Shown here in pieces: positions 41,144 to 55,419 of a stretch of 64,000 bases of DNA. The position numbers were made by a program, and so were the translations under genes. This DNA comes from Eledone cirrhosa (Eukaryota). Each line of letters starts with the position of its first letter. The stretch's first letter is position 1. The DNA is taken from assembly GCA_964016885.1 (NCBI GenBank), contig OZ024756.1, positions 38,626,001-38,690,000 on the forward strand. The letters run 5' to 3'. Below the pieces are notes generated by a model. It did not search any database and was not told the DNA's origin. It worked only from the letters and a program-made list of their open reading frames with translations.

Positions 41144-41627
41144 GCAAAATTGGAAAATATATACATATATATATTTTCCAATTTTGCTAAATGGTGGTAG
41201 TGTTGTTGAAGAACATGAAGGAAGAATGAATATGAAACTAAGGAAACTTGTATAGGTCTCTCTCTCTCACTATCTATCTCTCTCTCTCTCACTATCTATC
41301 TCTCTCTCACTATCTCTCTCTCTCTCTCTCTCTCACTATCTATCTCTCTCTCTCTCACTATCTCTCTCTCTCTCTCTCTCACTCTCTCTCTCTGTGCCCC
41401 TCCCCAGTCACTTTGACATATGCATGATATGTTCAATGTTGATTGATAATTATTAATCTTATATATATCATCCTTACAGGGTCGATAAAATAAAGTACCA
41501 GTAATGCATTGGGTAATTGCTGGCCTTGTTTCTAAAGTAGAAACAATTAATCTTATATATATATAAGAGCAGAAGATTCAGTAAATTCTTAATGTAATAC
41601 TTCCACTTTGTTCTATCTATCTATCTA

Positions 41628-41946
41628 AGGTGGGTGAAAGTGGCGAGAATGGCCCAAGTGAATGGGCCTTCTCTCTATATCAGCCTGTAGGTTGAGGAAA
41701 AGGAGGAGAGGAAAGGAGTACAAACTCTTCGTACTCCTGGAGATGAGGGTTGCACATATTTTTTTCGGGGGTATGTGTTACCCATATGAAATGTCTCCCC
41801 CTATTGCGGAAAATCGACTAATTTTTAAATTGCATTTGTGATGATATTTTACACGTTTTTATTGTATGTAAACTTCCCCCTTTGTATTTGTCCCCTTCTT
41901 TTGTGCCCCTGTGGCTAATAAAGAAACATATCTATCTATCTATCTA
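41628..41946 (+). mobile_element. LINE 3' end, probably L1-Tx1
   Basis: RWVKVARMAQV, 3'UTR and AATAAA; (TATC)n on both sides. Confidence 0.7.
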
Positions 41947-41954
41947 TATATATA

Positions 41955-42121
41955 ATAGTAGAACACTGGAGGTTATATCCGTAGTGGTAGAGCACTCAGT
42001 CCATGGGACGAGTTAGGTAGAAGTAGTTCCACAACATTTAGTTCACCATACCGGGAACAACTGTTTCACCTTATTCAGATCCTCAGCTCGGACTGGTGAA
42101 CTAACTGTTGTGGAACTACTT
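41955..42121 (-). mobile_element. Penelope-like remnant, family C, with hammerhead-like core
   Basis: CTGAGGA-TCTGAATAAGGT-GAAA-CAGTTGTTCCCGG-TA^ between 28-bp inverted arms at 42021-42048 and 42094-42121. Confidence 0.55.
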
Positions 42122-42134
42122 ATATATATATATA

Positions 42135-42397
42135 CTATCCAGGAAGCTCCAAGTTAAGGTTGTCTTTTTTCTGGGTATGTCAATATTTATTTATAAAACA
42201 AATCTGTATTTTATCTGATGAAAGCGCACCATAATTTGCCTTGGTTGCCCTTGAAATATGTATAATAAAATAAATATGGTTTTATAAATATAGTTTCCAT
42301 TTATTAATATTGTATATTTACGCCACTAACTTGTTGAGTGCTTTATATCAGTTATAAAATTTTTAAGCTTGCTGAATCCCAACAAATTAAATATAAC

Positions 42398-42400
<3 letters not shown>
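42135..42400 (+). mobile_element. Penelope-like pLTR remnant, family A (most complete copy)
   Basis: Flanked by (TA)n; contains the hammerhead and the TTGAGTGC tail motif. Confidence 0.75.
42207..42272 (+). ncRNA. Type I minimal hammerhead ribozyme (predicted cleavage after 42264)
   Basis: TATTTTAT-CTGATGA-AAGCGCACC..GGTTGCCCTT-GAAA-TATGTATA^ATAAAATA; perfect 8-bp stem I. Confidence 0.8.
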
Positions 42401-42436
<36 letters not shown>

Positions 42437-42723
42437 ACATGACCTGGGCCAATACTGGCTGAAACCTATCAAAGTTATATATGAAATATTATATTCAAGC
42501 CCAAATCTCACATATGTTAAAATTTGCTTTTTTTTTATAGCCAATTTGATTTAACCCTTTAGTATTTACATTACTCTATATTTACTATTATATTTTTGTG
42601 CAAAAGGCCTTATCTCACATAATATTGAATCTATGAGATTTTGATATTATTTATGTTGAGTGGATTATTGCTTTATTAATTTATTGATATATCTTGTCCT
42701 TTCATTGAGATGCCTTAAGATGT

Positions 42724-42846
<123 letters not shown>

Positions 42847-43009
42847 GTGTGTATTGCCTTAATGTTCTCATTTGTATATAGATAGAAAAACAGTAGTTCA
42901 TTATCATAGAAATGTCAGCTTTACATTTGACATATTGTACGAGATTTTAGTGGAGCTAAGATTAACACATATACGTATATATGTGCATGTGTGTGTGTGT
43001 ATATATGTT

Positions 43010-43052
<43 letters not shown>

Positions 43053-43230
43053 ATGTATATATATGTATGTGTGTATGTATATATATGTATGTGTGTATGT
43101 ATATATATGTATGTGTGCATATATGTTTGTATATATATATATATATGTATGTGTGCATATATGTGTGTGTATATTATTATACATAGTCTCTCACTTATTG
43201 CAATCAGACACTTTCTTTCTGTGTCAATAA

Positions 43231-43280
<50 letters not shown>

Positions 43281-43405
43281 CACACACATATATATATATA
43301 CACATATATATATATATACACACATACACATGTATATATATATATATATATATGAAATAAATATGGTTTTATAAATATAGTTTCCATTTGTTAATATCGT
43401 ATATA

Positions 43406-43447
<42 letters not shown>

Positions 43448-43689
43448 CATATATACATATGTATATATTACTGGTGCCGTTGCCGTGATAAAATGCACTA
43501 AATAGTTGCTTTAAAGTATTTGGCATCAGGAGAGGCAGATATCTGAGGTAACCCTGTCGAAAATGGAATGTATGAACACGACATTGTCATTTGACACCTG
43601 TTTAATCTCAGGTCTGACCTAACATTGCATCGGAAGTAGATAATTGCAGTGATGATGATGATGATGATGATACAAAAACACACATATCA

Positions 43690-44072
43690 TCATCATCATC
43701 ATCATCACCATTTTATATCCATTCTTCCACGCTAGCATGGGTTAGATGGGTTGTCCTGTTGTGGGCTGACCTTGTCTTGCTCATATGGGAACTGATTCTG
43801 GCTTGATTTCTACAGCTGGATGCTCTTCCTAACACCAACCCCATCTACAGTGAGTGCTGGGTGCTTTTTTCCCCGTGGCACCTCCACGTCCACTTCGCAG
43901 TGGAATAATAGGGACCCCAGTCCTATTATCTCATTTCTACAGCTGAGTAAACTGGAGCAATGTGAAATAAAGTGTCTTGCTCAAGGAAACAACACATCAC
44001 CTGGTCCGAGAATTGAACTCAGAACCTTTTGATTGCAAGCCCAATGCTCTAACCACTAAGCCATGCGCCTTC
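43690..44072 (-). mobile_element. Full-length CORE-type SINE with (ATG)n tail
   Basis: Homologous to 46910-47296, 50880-51217 and 56043-56365. Confidence 0.88.
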
Positions 44073-44464
44073 ACATATATATATATAAAACTGTCTTTTA
44101 TTGTCCATATACGCTGTTTACCTATTAAGTTAGGAAACACAATATACAAGGTTTACTAAAAATGTATACACACTTCAACAGCGTTCTAATAAATATTACC
44201 TGTACAGGTAATCAAAGTCTCTATACATTTTGGGACACCCTGTATATACTTTTTTAGGACACACACACAAACTCTCTCTTTCTTCTCTCCCACATGGTAT
44301 GTGTGTGTTTGTTTTTTTGTCACGCCATCCCCTCATATATATATATATATATATATATTCCCAACAAAATGAAAATTAATTGCATTGTTGAATTAATTGA
44401 ATTCATTGTTGTTGATATTGTGTGTGTTTATAGAGAAATGTTCACATGAAAGAGACACCGTCAG

Positions 44465-44649
44465 ATGCTGTGTCAGCTTCTTAGAGGTGGTTGACAGCTT
44501 CTGCTACCTTGGTGGCTTAATTCACAGAGAGTGTGGGTGTTCTGGAACTACAGTAGCTACAGTGAGAATCATGTGGTTAGAAAGGTTTTTTTTTTTTTCT
44601 TTCCTTACCTCAAAACAAAAGACAGGTTGTTGTATGATGTATGTGTGTA

Positions 44650-44681
<32 letters not shown>

Positions 44682-45045
44682 TGTGTGAATTACAATACTA
44701 CATGAAATTAAGATGTAAGTATTGAACACAGGGGATCTGTGAAGATTGGGAAAAGAAATGAGGCAAGAATACTCTGATAGATGTGTAATGTTAGTGTGTA
44801 TGAAAGACGAAATATGAACGGACTGAGAAAGCTGAGCATAAAAGGGATTAGATGCAGTGTTCAAGAGAGAAGACTGTGTTGTGCTGGACATGTGATGCAT
44901 ATAAAGGATGACAGCTGCATAAAAAAGTGCAGGGTGCTCAAAGTTGATTGAAACTGTGCAAGAGGCTGACCTCATGAAGAAGATGACACAAGATCAAGTG
45001 AACTGGCGATATGTCATACTACAGATGACTTGCCTCCGCACTCAA
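44465..45045 (+). mobile_element. Degenerate RTE LINE 3' region
   Basis: LEVVDSFCYLG motif followed by GHVM..D.SCIKKC remnants. Confidence 0.75.
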
Positions 45046-45220
45046 GTGGGATGAAATACAACTAGTCTTCCCCTCTTCTCTACCTAATCACCCCCTCCTA
45101 TTCTCATCCCAAGGTATAGTGCTGGTGTTGTTATTGTTGTTGATGACGGTGGTGGTTGGTGGCAGTGGTGGTTGTTGTTGTTGTTGGTGGTGGTGGTTCT
45201 GAAATATGGCAATGAAAGTG

Positions 45221-45443
45221 TTAACCCTTTAGCATTTAAACCAGCCATATCTGGCCAGAATTCTCTCACCTCTTTCTGTTCAAACCGGCTGTAACCAGCT
45301 GCTCATACAGAAGTATTGTTCTCAAAATAAATAATATCAAAATCTCATAGATTCGATATTATGTGAAATAATTATGTGAGATAAAGAGTTAACTGCGAAA
45401 ATACAATAGTAAATATAGAGTAATGTAAATGATAAAGGGTTAA
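45221..45443 (-). mobile_element. MITE family P
   Basis: TIRs with TTAA. Confidence 0.9.
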
Positions 45444-45720
45444 TGTATATAATACTAAGTTAATGTATATAATACTAAGTTAATGTATATAATACTAAGT
45501 TAATGTATATAATACTAAGTTAATGTATATAATGCTATGTTGATGTATATAATGCTATGTTGATGTATATAATGCTATGTTGATGTATATAATGCTATGT
45601 TGATGTATATAATGCTATGTTGATGTATATAATGCTATGTTGATGTATATAATGCTATGTTGATGTATATAATGCTATGTTGATGTATATAATGCTATGT
45701 TGATGTATATAATGCTATAT
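45439..45720. repeat. 20-bp minisatellite in two variant blocks
   Basis: GTTAATGTATATAATACTAA units followed by GTTGATGTATATAATGCTAT units. Confidence 0.95.
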
Positions 45721-45815
45721 ATTGCTATATATAATGTATATATTGCTGTTAGACTTACATTATATGGTACAATCCATACAATATCTCACTGTTTCTTTCC
45801 ATTTCTCTCCTACAG

Positions 45816-45899
45816 TCAGTCGGCTTTTCTGTGAATCAGAATCTTTCAAGATGTATCTTATCTTGGATGTTAATACACAGACGTATCCTGTGGAACTTG
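45816..45899 (+). CDS. POLR2H: Internal coding exon of DNA-directed RNA polymerases I/II/III subunit RPABC3 (RPB8)
   Basis: (V)[27 protein letters not shown](G) versus human [29 protein letters not shown]; polypyrimidine tract plus TACAG acceptor, G|GTAAGT donor, 84 bp, phase 1-1. Confidence 0.93.
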
Positions 45900-45933
45900 G
45901 TAAGTTTACACTTCATTATCTTTTATTGAAATC

Positions 45934-46122
45934 CAATGGCGGTGGATTGGCAGTATTGGTAGAGAGTCGGACACCATGCTTTCAGCATAGAGTTACGTCC
46001 CTTTACGGACTGAGTTCAAATCTCGCTGAGGTTAACTTTACCTTTCATCCTTACGGGGTCGATAAAATAAAGTACCAGTAATGTACTGGGTAATTGCTGG
46101 CCTTGTGTCAAAAGTAGAAACA
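45934..46122 (+). mobile_element. Full-length Meta-like SINE
   Basis: 19-bp TSD ATTATCTTTTATTGAAATC at 45915-45933 and 46123-46141. Confidence 0.92.
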
Positions 46123-46909
46123 ATTATCTTTTATTGAAATCATTTGTCTTGTCTCTCACATTTCACTGTCTCTCTCTCTCTCTCACATTTCACTGTCTCT
46201 TGTCTCTCTCTCTCTCTCACACACATTTCACTGCCTTTTTGTCTTTCTCTCTCTCACACACACACATTTCACTGTCTCCTCCCTCTCTCCCTTACATTTC
46301 ACTGTCTCTCTCTCTCTTTCTCTCACATTTCATTGTCTCTCTCTCATACACACATTTCACTGTCTCTCACTCTCTCTCCCTTTCTCTCACATTTCATTGT
46401 CTTGTCTCTCATACACACATTTCACTGTCTCTCACACTCTCTCTCTCCCTTTCTCTCACATTTCACTGTTTCCTACTCTCTCTCTCACATTTCACTCTCT
46501 CTCTCCCTCTCTCTACCTCTCTCTCATATTTCACAGTCTTGTCTCTTACACTATGAGGACTCTATAGTCTCATGTATGTTTAGTAGTTAACATGTTTACT
46601 TATCAACCACATATCAACCACGTAGTCCCTGGTTTCGGTTCACTGAATATCATCCTAAGCAAGTGGCTTTCCTATATATATACATAGTCTTGGACTGTCC
46701 GGTGGTCAATGACGGAATTTGGTAGATGGAAACTATAAAGAAACTTGTGTGTGTCTGTGTATATAAGAAGGTTATTCAGTCATAGAAGCCATACAAAAGT
46801 GGAATGTATAAGATGACGTCTCAGAACATCACAGCCTATCGAACCTATGCAAGCATTCGAAAAATAGATATAAAACAGTGTTGATATTATATATCATCAT
46901 CATCATCAT

Positions 46910-47296
46910 GGAGGCACATGGCTTAGTGGTTAGAGCATTGGCCTTGCAATCGAAAGGTTGTGAGTTCAATTCTCAGACCGGGTGATGTGTTGTTTCCTTG
47001 AGCAAGACACTTTATTTCACATTGCTCCAGTTTACTCAGCTGTAGGAATGAGATGATAGGGACTGGGGTCCCTATCATTCCACTGCAAAGTGGTCGTGTA
47101 GGCGCCACGGCAAAGAAGCACCCAGGCCACACTGTAAAGTGGACGTGTAGGTGCCACGGAAAAAGAAAAAGCACCCAGCACTCACTGTGAGGTTGGTGTT
47201 AGGAAGGGCATCCAGCTGTAGAAATCCAGCCAGAATCAGTTCCCATCCCACCCTTGCAAGCAGGGATAAGCAGACGTAAAATGATGATGATGATGA
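46910..47296 (+). mobile_element. Full-length CORE-type SINE
   Basis: tRNA head, CORE-like domain, AGGAAGGGCATCCAGC body and (ATG)n tail. Confidence 0.9.
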
Positions 47297-47535
47297 TATA
47301 TATATATATCATCTATGTGTTGCTCAAGGATGTGTTGAAAAAGCGGACGTAAAATGAAATGATGAAATGATGATGATGATATCATCATCATCATCGTCAA
47401 TTTTTCAGTGCTAGCATGGGTTAGACAGGTTGTCCTGTTGTGAGAAATGCCAGGTCAGGTGAGCATGCATTGTTCATACAGAACTGATTTTCGCTTGGTT
47501 TCTACAGCTGGGTGCCCTTCCTAATGCCAATAGCA

Positions 47536-47792
47536 TTTACAGTGTGGACTGGGAGCTTTTTGTCATGACACCTACACAACCACTTTACAGTGTGGGCTGT
47601 GAGCTTTTTGTCATGACACCTACACAACCACTTTACAGTGTGGGCTGTGAGCTTTTTGTCATGACACCTACACGACCACTTTACAGTGTGGGCTGTGAGC
47701 TTTTTGTCATGACACCTACACAACCACTTTACAGTGTGGGCTGGGAGCTTTTTGTCATGACACCTACACAACCACTTTACAGTGTGGGCTGG
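47536..47792. repeat. 48-bp tandem repeat x5 amplified from a SINE body
   Basis: TTTACAGTGTGGGCTGTGAGCTTTTTGTCATGACACCTACACAACCAC. Confidence 0.95.
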
Positions 47793-47916
47793 GCATATAT
47801 ATATGTATGTGTATGTATATATGTGTATATGTATATATATGTGTGTGTGTATATATATGTATATATATATGTGTATATATATATATATATATATGTGTAT
47901 TTATATATATATATAT

Positions 47917-47971
<55 letters not shown>

Positions 47972-47993
47972 AATATATATGTATATATATGAG

Positions 47994-48026
<33 letters not shown>

Positions 48027-48642
48027 ATAGAGAGAGATAAAATCCTGACTGCAGCGGCAAGCGGTTTCAGCTTCCATATTCCGCAGTATATATAATAATA
48101 TATATATATATATGTATATATATGTGTGTGTGTGTGTGTATATAAATCATCACCATCATCGTTTAACATCCATCTTCCACACTAGCATGGGTCTATGTGT
48201 GTGTATATATGTGTGTGTGTATATATATATGTGTGTGTATATATATATATGTGTGTGTATATATGTATGTGTGTGTATATATAATATGTGTGATGTGCAT
48301 GTTGATGATGTGCATATGTATATATGTATGTACATATGTATGTACATATGTATGTACATATGTATGTATATATGTATGCATATATGTATGTATATATGCA
48401 TATTTAAGGCGTATATATCTATGCACGCTCATGACTGTGTGTATGTATATATGTATGCATATTCAATATATGTGTATGTAGATATGTATGTATATTCAAT
48501 ATATGTATATATGTATGTGTATGCATGTTCAGGGCTTTGTACATGTATATATTTGTGTGTATTCAAGGTTGTGTGTGTATATATACATATGCATATTCAA
48601 GACTGCGTGTGTATATATACATATATGCATATTCAAGACTGC

Positions 48643-48689
<47 letters not shown>

Positions 48690-48739
48690 TAAAAGGAAAA
48701 GAAAATGCTGACAAATTGTTCCCAGTGAATATATATATA

Positions 48740-48757
48740 TATGTATGTATGTTCACT

Positions 48758-48795
<38 letters not shown>

Positions 48796-49612
48796 TCACT
48801 ATATATATATGTATGTATGTTCACTATACATATATATATGTATGTTTACTATATATATATATATGTATGTTCACTATATATATGTATGTATGTTCACTAT
48901 ATATATATATGTATGTTCACTATATATGTATATATGTATGTTCACTATATATGTATGTATGTATGTTCACTATATATGTATGTATGTTCACTATATATAT
49001 ATATGTATGTTCACTATATATATATATGTATGTTCACTATATATGTATGTATGTATGTTCACTATATGTATGTATGTATGTTCACTATATATGTATATAT
49101 ATGTATGTATGTTCACTATATATATATATATATATATATGTATGTTCACTATATATATATATGTATGTTCACTATATATATATATATATATATGTATGTT
49201 CACTATATATATATATATATATGTATGTTCACTATATATATATATATGTATGTTCACTATATATATATATATATATATGTATGTTCACTATATATATATA
49301 TATATATGTATGTTCACTATATATATATATATATATATGTATGTTCACTATATATATATATATGTATGTTCACTATATATATATATATATATATGTATGT
49401 TCACTATATATATATATATGTATGTTCACTATATATATATATATATATATGTATGTTCACTATATATATATATATATATATGTATGTTCACTATATATGT
49501 ATATATATGTATGTTCACTATATATATATATATGTATGTTCACTATATATGTATATATATGTATGTTCACTATATATATATATATGTATGTTCACTATAT
49601 ATGTATATGTAT
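48740..49612. repeat. Minisatellite GTATGTTCAC-(TA)n
   Basis: More than 30 units. Confidence 0.97.
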
Positions 49613-49826
49613 GTCCAGTGTGTGTTTGTATGGCAACAATGTCACCGGTGGTTCCCATACCATATCTAATGTATGTTGTCTCCTGTATATCTAATGTATG
49701 TGTGAGCTATGATGTAATATATATATATATACACACATATATATATACACACACATATATAGAGAGTGAGTGTGGTATAATGCATATCTCTAAGGTGTTG
49801 TTGCCATTTAGTATACATACATACAC

Positions 49827-49857
<31 letters not shown>

Positions 49858-50510
49858 TGTATGTATATATATATAGAGAGAGAGAGAGATATAGATATAT
49901 CTATATATATATATATATATAGATATATAGATATAGATATATAGATATATATATATATTTATATATATATATATAGATATATAGATATATAGATAGATAT
50001 ATATATATATATATATATAGATATATAGATAGATATATTTATATATAGGAGAGAAGGGAAATGATAGAGAGAGATAAATAGATACATAGACAGAGGGAGG
50101 AAGAGAGTGTATGTGTGAGAGACCGATAGATAGATATATAGTTAGAGGGAGGGAGATATATAGTTAGAGGGAGGGAGAGAGATAGATAGATAGTTGGGGG
50201 GAGGGAGAGAGATAGATAGATAGGGAAGGAGGGAGAGAGAGAGAAGTGGAGGAGAGGGTGAAAGATATAATGATATCTGTGATAGGCGTTGCTGCTGTCG
50301 CTGCCGCTGCTGCCGTCTAATAAATTCAAACTCATGTGATGTCATCTGATGTAATGTTTGGTCTATACACACAGCAGCCTTGCTGTGTGTATATATATAT
50401 ATATATATATACATGTGTGTGTATATACATATACACAGCAGCCTTGCTGTGTGTATGTATATATATATACATGTGTGTGTATATACATATACACAGCAGC
50501 CTTGCTGCAT

Positions 50511-50561
<51 letters not shown>

Positions 50562-50653
50562 CGTGTATGTATATACATACACACAGCAGCCTTGCTGCAT
50601 CTTTATATATATATATACATGTGTGTGTATATACACACACAGCCTTTCTGCAT

Positions 50654-50693
<40 letters not shown>

Positions 50694-50700
50694 GCTGCAT

Positions 50701-50742
<42 letters not shown>

Positions 50743-50786
50743 GCTGCATCTTTATATATATATATATGAATATGTGTGTGTGTCTC

Positions 50787-50830
<44 letters not shown>

Positions 50831-50879
50831 GTATCCATGTCTTAATTTCCTCCTATTTTATGTATGTATATATATATAT

Positions 50880-51570
<691 letters not shown>

Positions 51571-51647
51571 TATACATAATATATATATATACATAATATA
51601 TATATATAATATATATATATATATATAATATAATATAATATATATAT

Positions 51648-52163
51648 AGGAAAAGAGTCAGGACCCCGACGGCTGAGCTCCAGTCGTTTCCTCAGGTAGA
51701 TCCGAACTAAGCCAGCAGTATATATATATATATATATATATATATTTGCTCCGAAGGAACCTGCAGAAGTAGGATCAGCCAGATCCATACAGGGATCACG
51801 TCTCGAGCTACCTACCGGCGAAACAATTATAACACGCAATAAACTGAGTCCAGATACATCACTGACTTTTCGCTTTTATTCTTTTATACTTTCCACACTC
51901 TGCTCTGTATGAATATTGAGTGCTAATTTTGGCATACCGCCTATGGAAGCACCATAGCTTCCATTATACACAAGTATATATATATATATATATAAACTAA
52001 TATATATGATGAAACACAGATACCAACACATCTGTATATATATTGCAATATATATACAGATGTGTTGGTATCTGTGTTTCATCATATATATTAGTTTATA
52101 CACGGCTCAGGGGTATTTTCCTCCTTCGAGCTAATTCCATTGTAAAAGAATTCCTTACACTTA

Positions 52164-52170
<7 letters not shown>
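51648..52170. mobile_element. Chain of three TA-embedded Penelope-like remnants
   Basis: Family D piece at 51648-51720 (-); a GAAAC..TTGAGTGC piece at 51747-51975; a palindromic piece at 51991-52170. Confidence 0.55.
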
Positions 52171-52198
<28 letters not shown>

Positions 52199-52294
52199 CT
52201 GCTTGCAAGCAGGGAAAAGTGGACAGATGATGATGATGATATACACAGCTGTATTTTCCATATCTATCCATCTAGTCATTTATCTATCTACATC

Positions 52295-52645
52295 AGAATG
52301 GAGAGAGAGGCACTGCACCCCAGTAAATTTACTGAAAGGTGGGTGAATGAAGCGAAAATGGCCCGAGTGATTGGGCCTTCTCTGTTTATAAGCCTGTAGG
52401 TTGAGGAAGAGAGCAAAAGGAAGAAGGGAGCACTTGCACAACATGCTCCTGAAGTTGAGGGTTGTTCTATCTACGGGGTATTAAACAACCCATTTGTGGC
52501 GCCTCCCCACTATTGGGGATTTCGATTGTTGTAATTGTTTGTTTTTATATTTTTTACATGACTGTATGTAAAATCCCCGGCATGTCTTTGTATTGTCCCC
52601 TTTTCTTGTGCGCCCTTGGCTAATAAAGAAATTTATCTATCTATC
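52295..52645 (+). mobile_element. LINE 3' end, probably L1-Tx1
   Basis: IRMEREALHPSKFTERWVNEAKMARV, 3'UTR, AATAAA and TATC flanks. Confidence 0.7.
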
Positions 52646-52817
52646 TGTCTACCTCCTCTCTCAGTCCATCTCTCTCTGTCCATCTCTCTCTCTCTCTCTC
52701 TCACTCTCTCACCTTGTTCTAATTAATTTCTTTAAAGTTGGTATAGGCCTATCATTTTCAGGTGGGAGACACACACTTTACTGAAGTTGTCGATCTTTTA
52801 TTTTGTTCTGTTGAAAG

Positions 52818-53680
52818 TACATGTACACCACATGTGTGCTACATGTACGCTATATGTACACCACATGTATGCTACATATATGCTATATGTACATTACATG
52901 TATGCTACATATACATTACATATATGCTACATGTACACTACATGTATGCTACATGTATGCTACATGTATGTTACATGTACATCACATGTATGCTACATGC
53001 ACACCACATGTTTACTGCATGTACACTAAATATATGCTACATATACACTACCTATATGCTACATGTACACTACCTATATGCTACATGTATGCTGATGATA
53101 CACTACATGTTTGCTGATGCATACCTGTAACCTATATATAAATTGTTATGTCAGTTCATCATGTAAGCTACACACACACTCACATGCACACACACACTAA
53201 CATACATGCATGCACACTCTCACATGCATGTACACACACTAACATACATGCACACACACACACTCACATGCATGCACACACCCACTCACATGCATGCACA
53301 CACACACTCACATGCATGCACACACACTCACATACATGCACACACACTCTCACATGCATGCACACACACTCACATACATGCACACACACTCTTACATACA
53401 TGCACACACATACTCACATACATGCACACACACTCACACACACACTCACATACATGCACACATACACGCACACACACACACTCACATACACACACTCACA
53501 TACACGCACTCACATACACGCACACACACACACTCACATACATGCTCACATACATGCACACACTCACATACACGCACACACACGCACACTAACATACATG
53601 CACACACACACACTCACATACACGCACACACACACTCACATACACGCACACACACACTCACATACATGCACACACACTCA
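52818..53680. repeat. TACATG-type and CA-rich degenerate satellites
   Basis: Direct inspection. Confidence 0.9.
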
Positions 53681-54097
53681 TGATCATCATAGGTCCATTT
53701 TCTACGCTAGCACTGACAGGATAGGCTGTCTGATGTTTGTGATGTTGATGATGGAGATTGTGATGATGATGTTTGTAATGTTGATGATGGTGATGATGGG
53801 GATTGTGATGATGATGATTTGTGGTACTGATGAAAGCAGCACTTTCAATTGTCCATGAGTAAAACCAGTTACCTGTCTGTCAGCTAGACAGGTAATCAGG
53901 AAGTAGGTGGTACCATATCATATGGTAATGTTTACCTGAGCTAACAGGAGTGGCACCATTGCCTATGTATTAAATGGCAGATTGTCTATGGCACCAACAT
54001 TTACCATTTTATTTCTGTTGTGGAATTTGTTGAGTATCACAAGAGATTCCTTGTAATATCTGTTCTGGTTTTGTGCATTCATCTTCATCATAGCTGT

Positions 54098-54324
54098 TTA
54101 ACCCTTTAACATTTACATTACCCTATATATACTATTGTATTTTAACGGTAAAGGTTTTATCTCACATAATTATTTTACATAATATCGAATCTGAATTTTT
54201 GGTATTATTTATTTTGAGAACAATATCTTAACATCAGTATGAGTAACCAGTTATGGCTGGTTTGAACAGAAAGAGGTGAGATAATTCTGGCCAGATATGG
54301 CTGGTTTAAATGCTAAAGTGTTAA
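54098..54324 (+). mobile_element. MITE family P
   Basis: TIRs with TTAA. Confidence 0.88.
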
Positions 54325-55419
54325 TGTTTATTTTCTATACTTGTATGGTCTAGATGTGCTGTCACATTACTGAGGCTAGACTGGTCAGGCCCTCTATCTT
54401 GCTTGTACATTCTGTTTTGGCTTGGTTTCTATGATGCCCTTCGTAATGTTAACCACTTGACAGAATGTACTGGGAGCATTTTATTGTAACTCTGGCACCT
54501 CCACCTTACAGGGTGGATTGGGTGCATTTTGTTGTGGCACCAGCATTATCAACATACTGTCTGGTCTGGGAATTAAGCCCACACCCTTCAGAAAATGAGC
54601 CCAACACCACCAACATTGCACTCTAACCACTAAGCCACACATTGTCAGTTTCTTCTGCAAGTACTGATTTAAACCAGTGAATATGCGACTTAAGCAGATG
54701 CTACACAAGTGTTTACATGTGCAGTATGTGCAGGTTAAGTGTTTGATTAACAGCTTCTGGTGACATTGGCTTAGTTGGTGCACATCTGATTAGGTGTGCA
54801 TAACAACAACACCAATAGTAACTGTTGCAACTACAGTGACAGCAGCTGCTACAACAGTAGCTACAACAACAACAGTATTGCAGACATGGCTTAGCTAAAG
54901 TCTTAAATCTATTTTGACGTCAGAAGCAACCGTCTCCAACTGATCCGGCTGGATCTCCCAAGCAAGACCAGCCAAACCCATGGATGTTATCCAACCATCT
55001 TGCTCGAGGTCTACCCCTGGGTCTCCTACCAGTTGCTTTTGCCCCTTAAAATCTGTCCAGTGCTTCTTTCCTGAGACATTCTAACCAACATTTGATTAAG
55101 TGGGCATAGCAATAATAACTACAGTAACAGCAGCTGCAACAACAACAACATTGCAGATATGGCTTAGGCTAGCTAAAGTCTTAAATCTACTTTGGTGTCT
55201 ATATCTGTTGCATTTAGTACACCAGTGCTGCATTAATTTGTTACCACTGGTGTTATTTTGCTGAGCTGTTGCACTGGTGGGTAGTGATGATGTGCATCAG
55301 GTTTGTGCAGTGGTGTGCAGTGGAGGTATGCAGTAATCTTCATGCTGCAACTCATTATCAAACTTCTTCGCCCTTTGTGGTTGTCTGCATGTTAAGCAAA
55401 TCTGCCATCTAGCTTCTCT

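Noticed and set aside
46910-46985. tRNA gene (also 543, 15400, 51350)
   Set aside because: A/B boxes are present, but there is no proper acceptor stem or terminator and the sequence continues into a SINE core; these are SINE heads
51747-51840. Complete hammerhead
   Set aside because: GAAACAATTATA is present, but stem I does not pair and the core is ambiguous; kept only as a degenerate remnant
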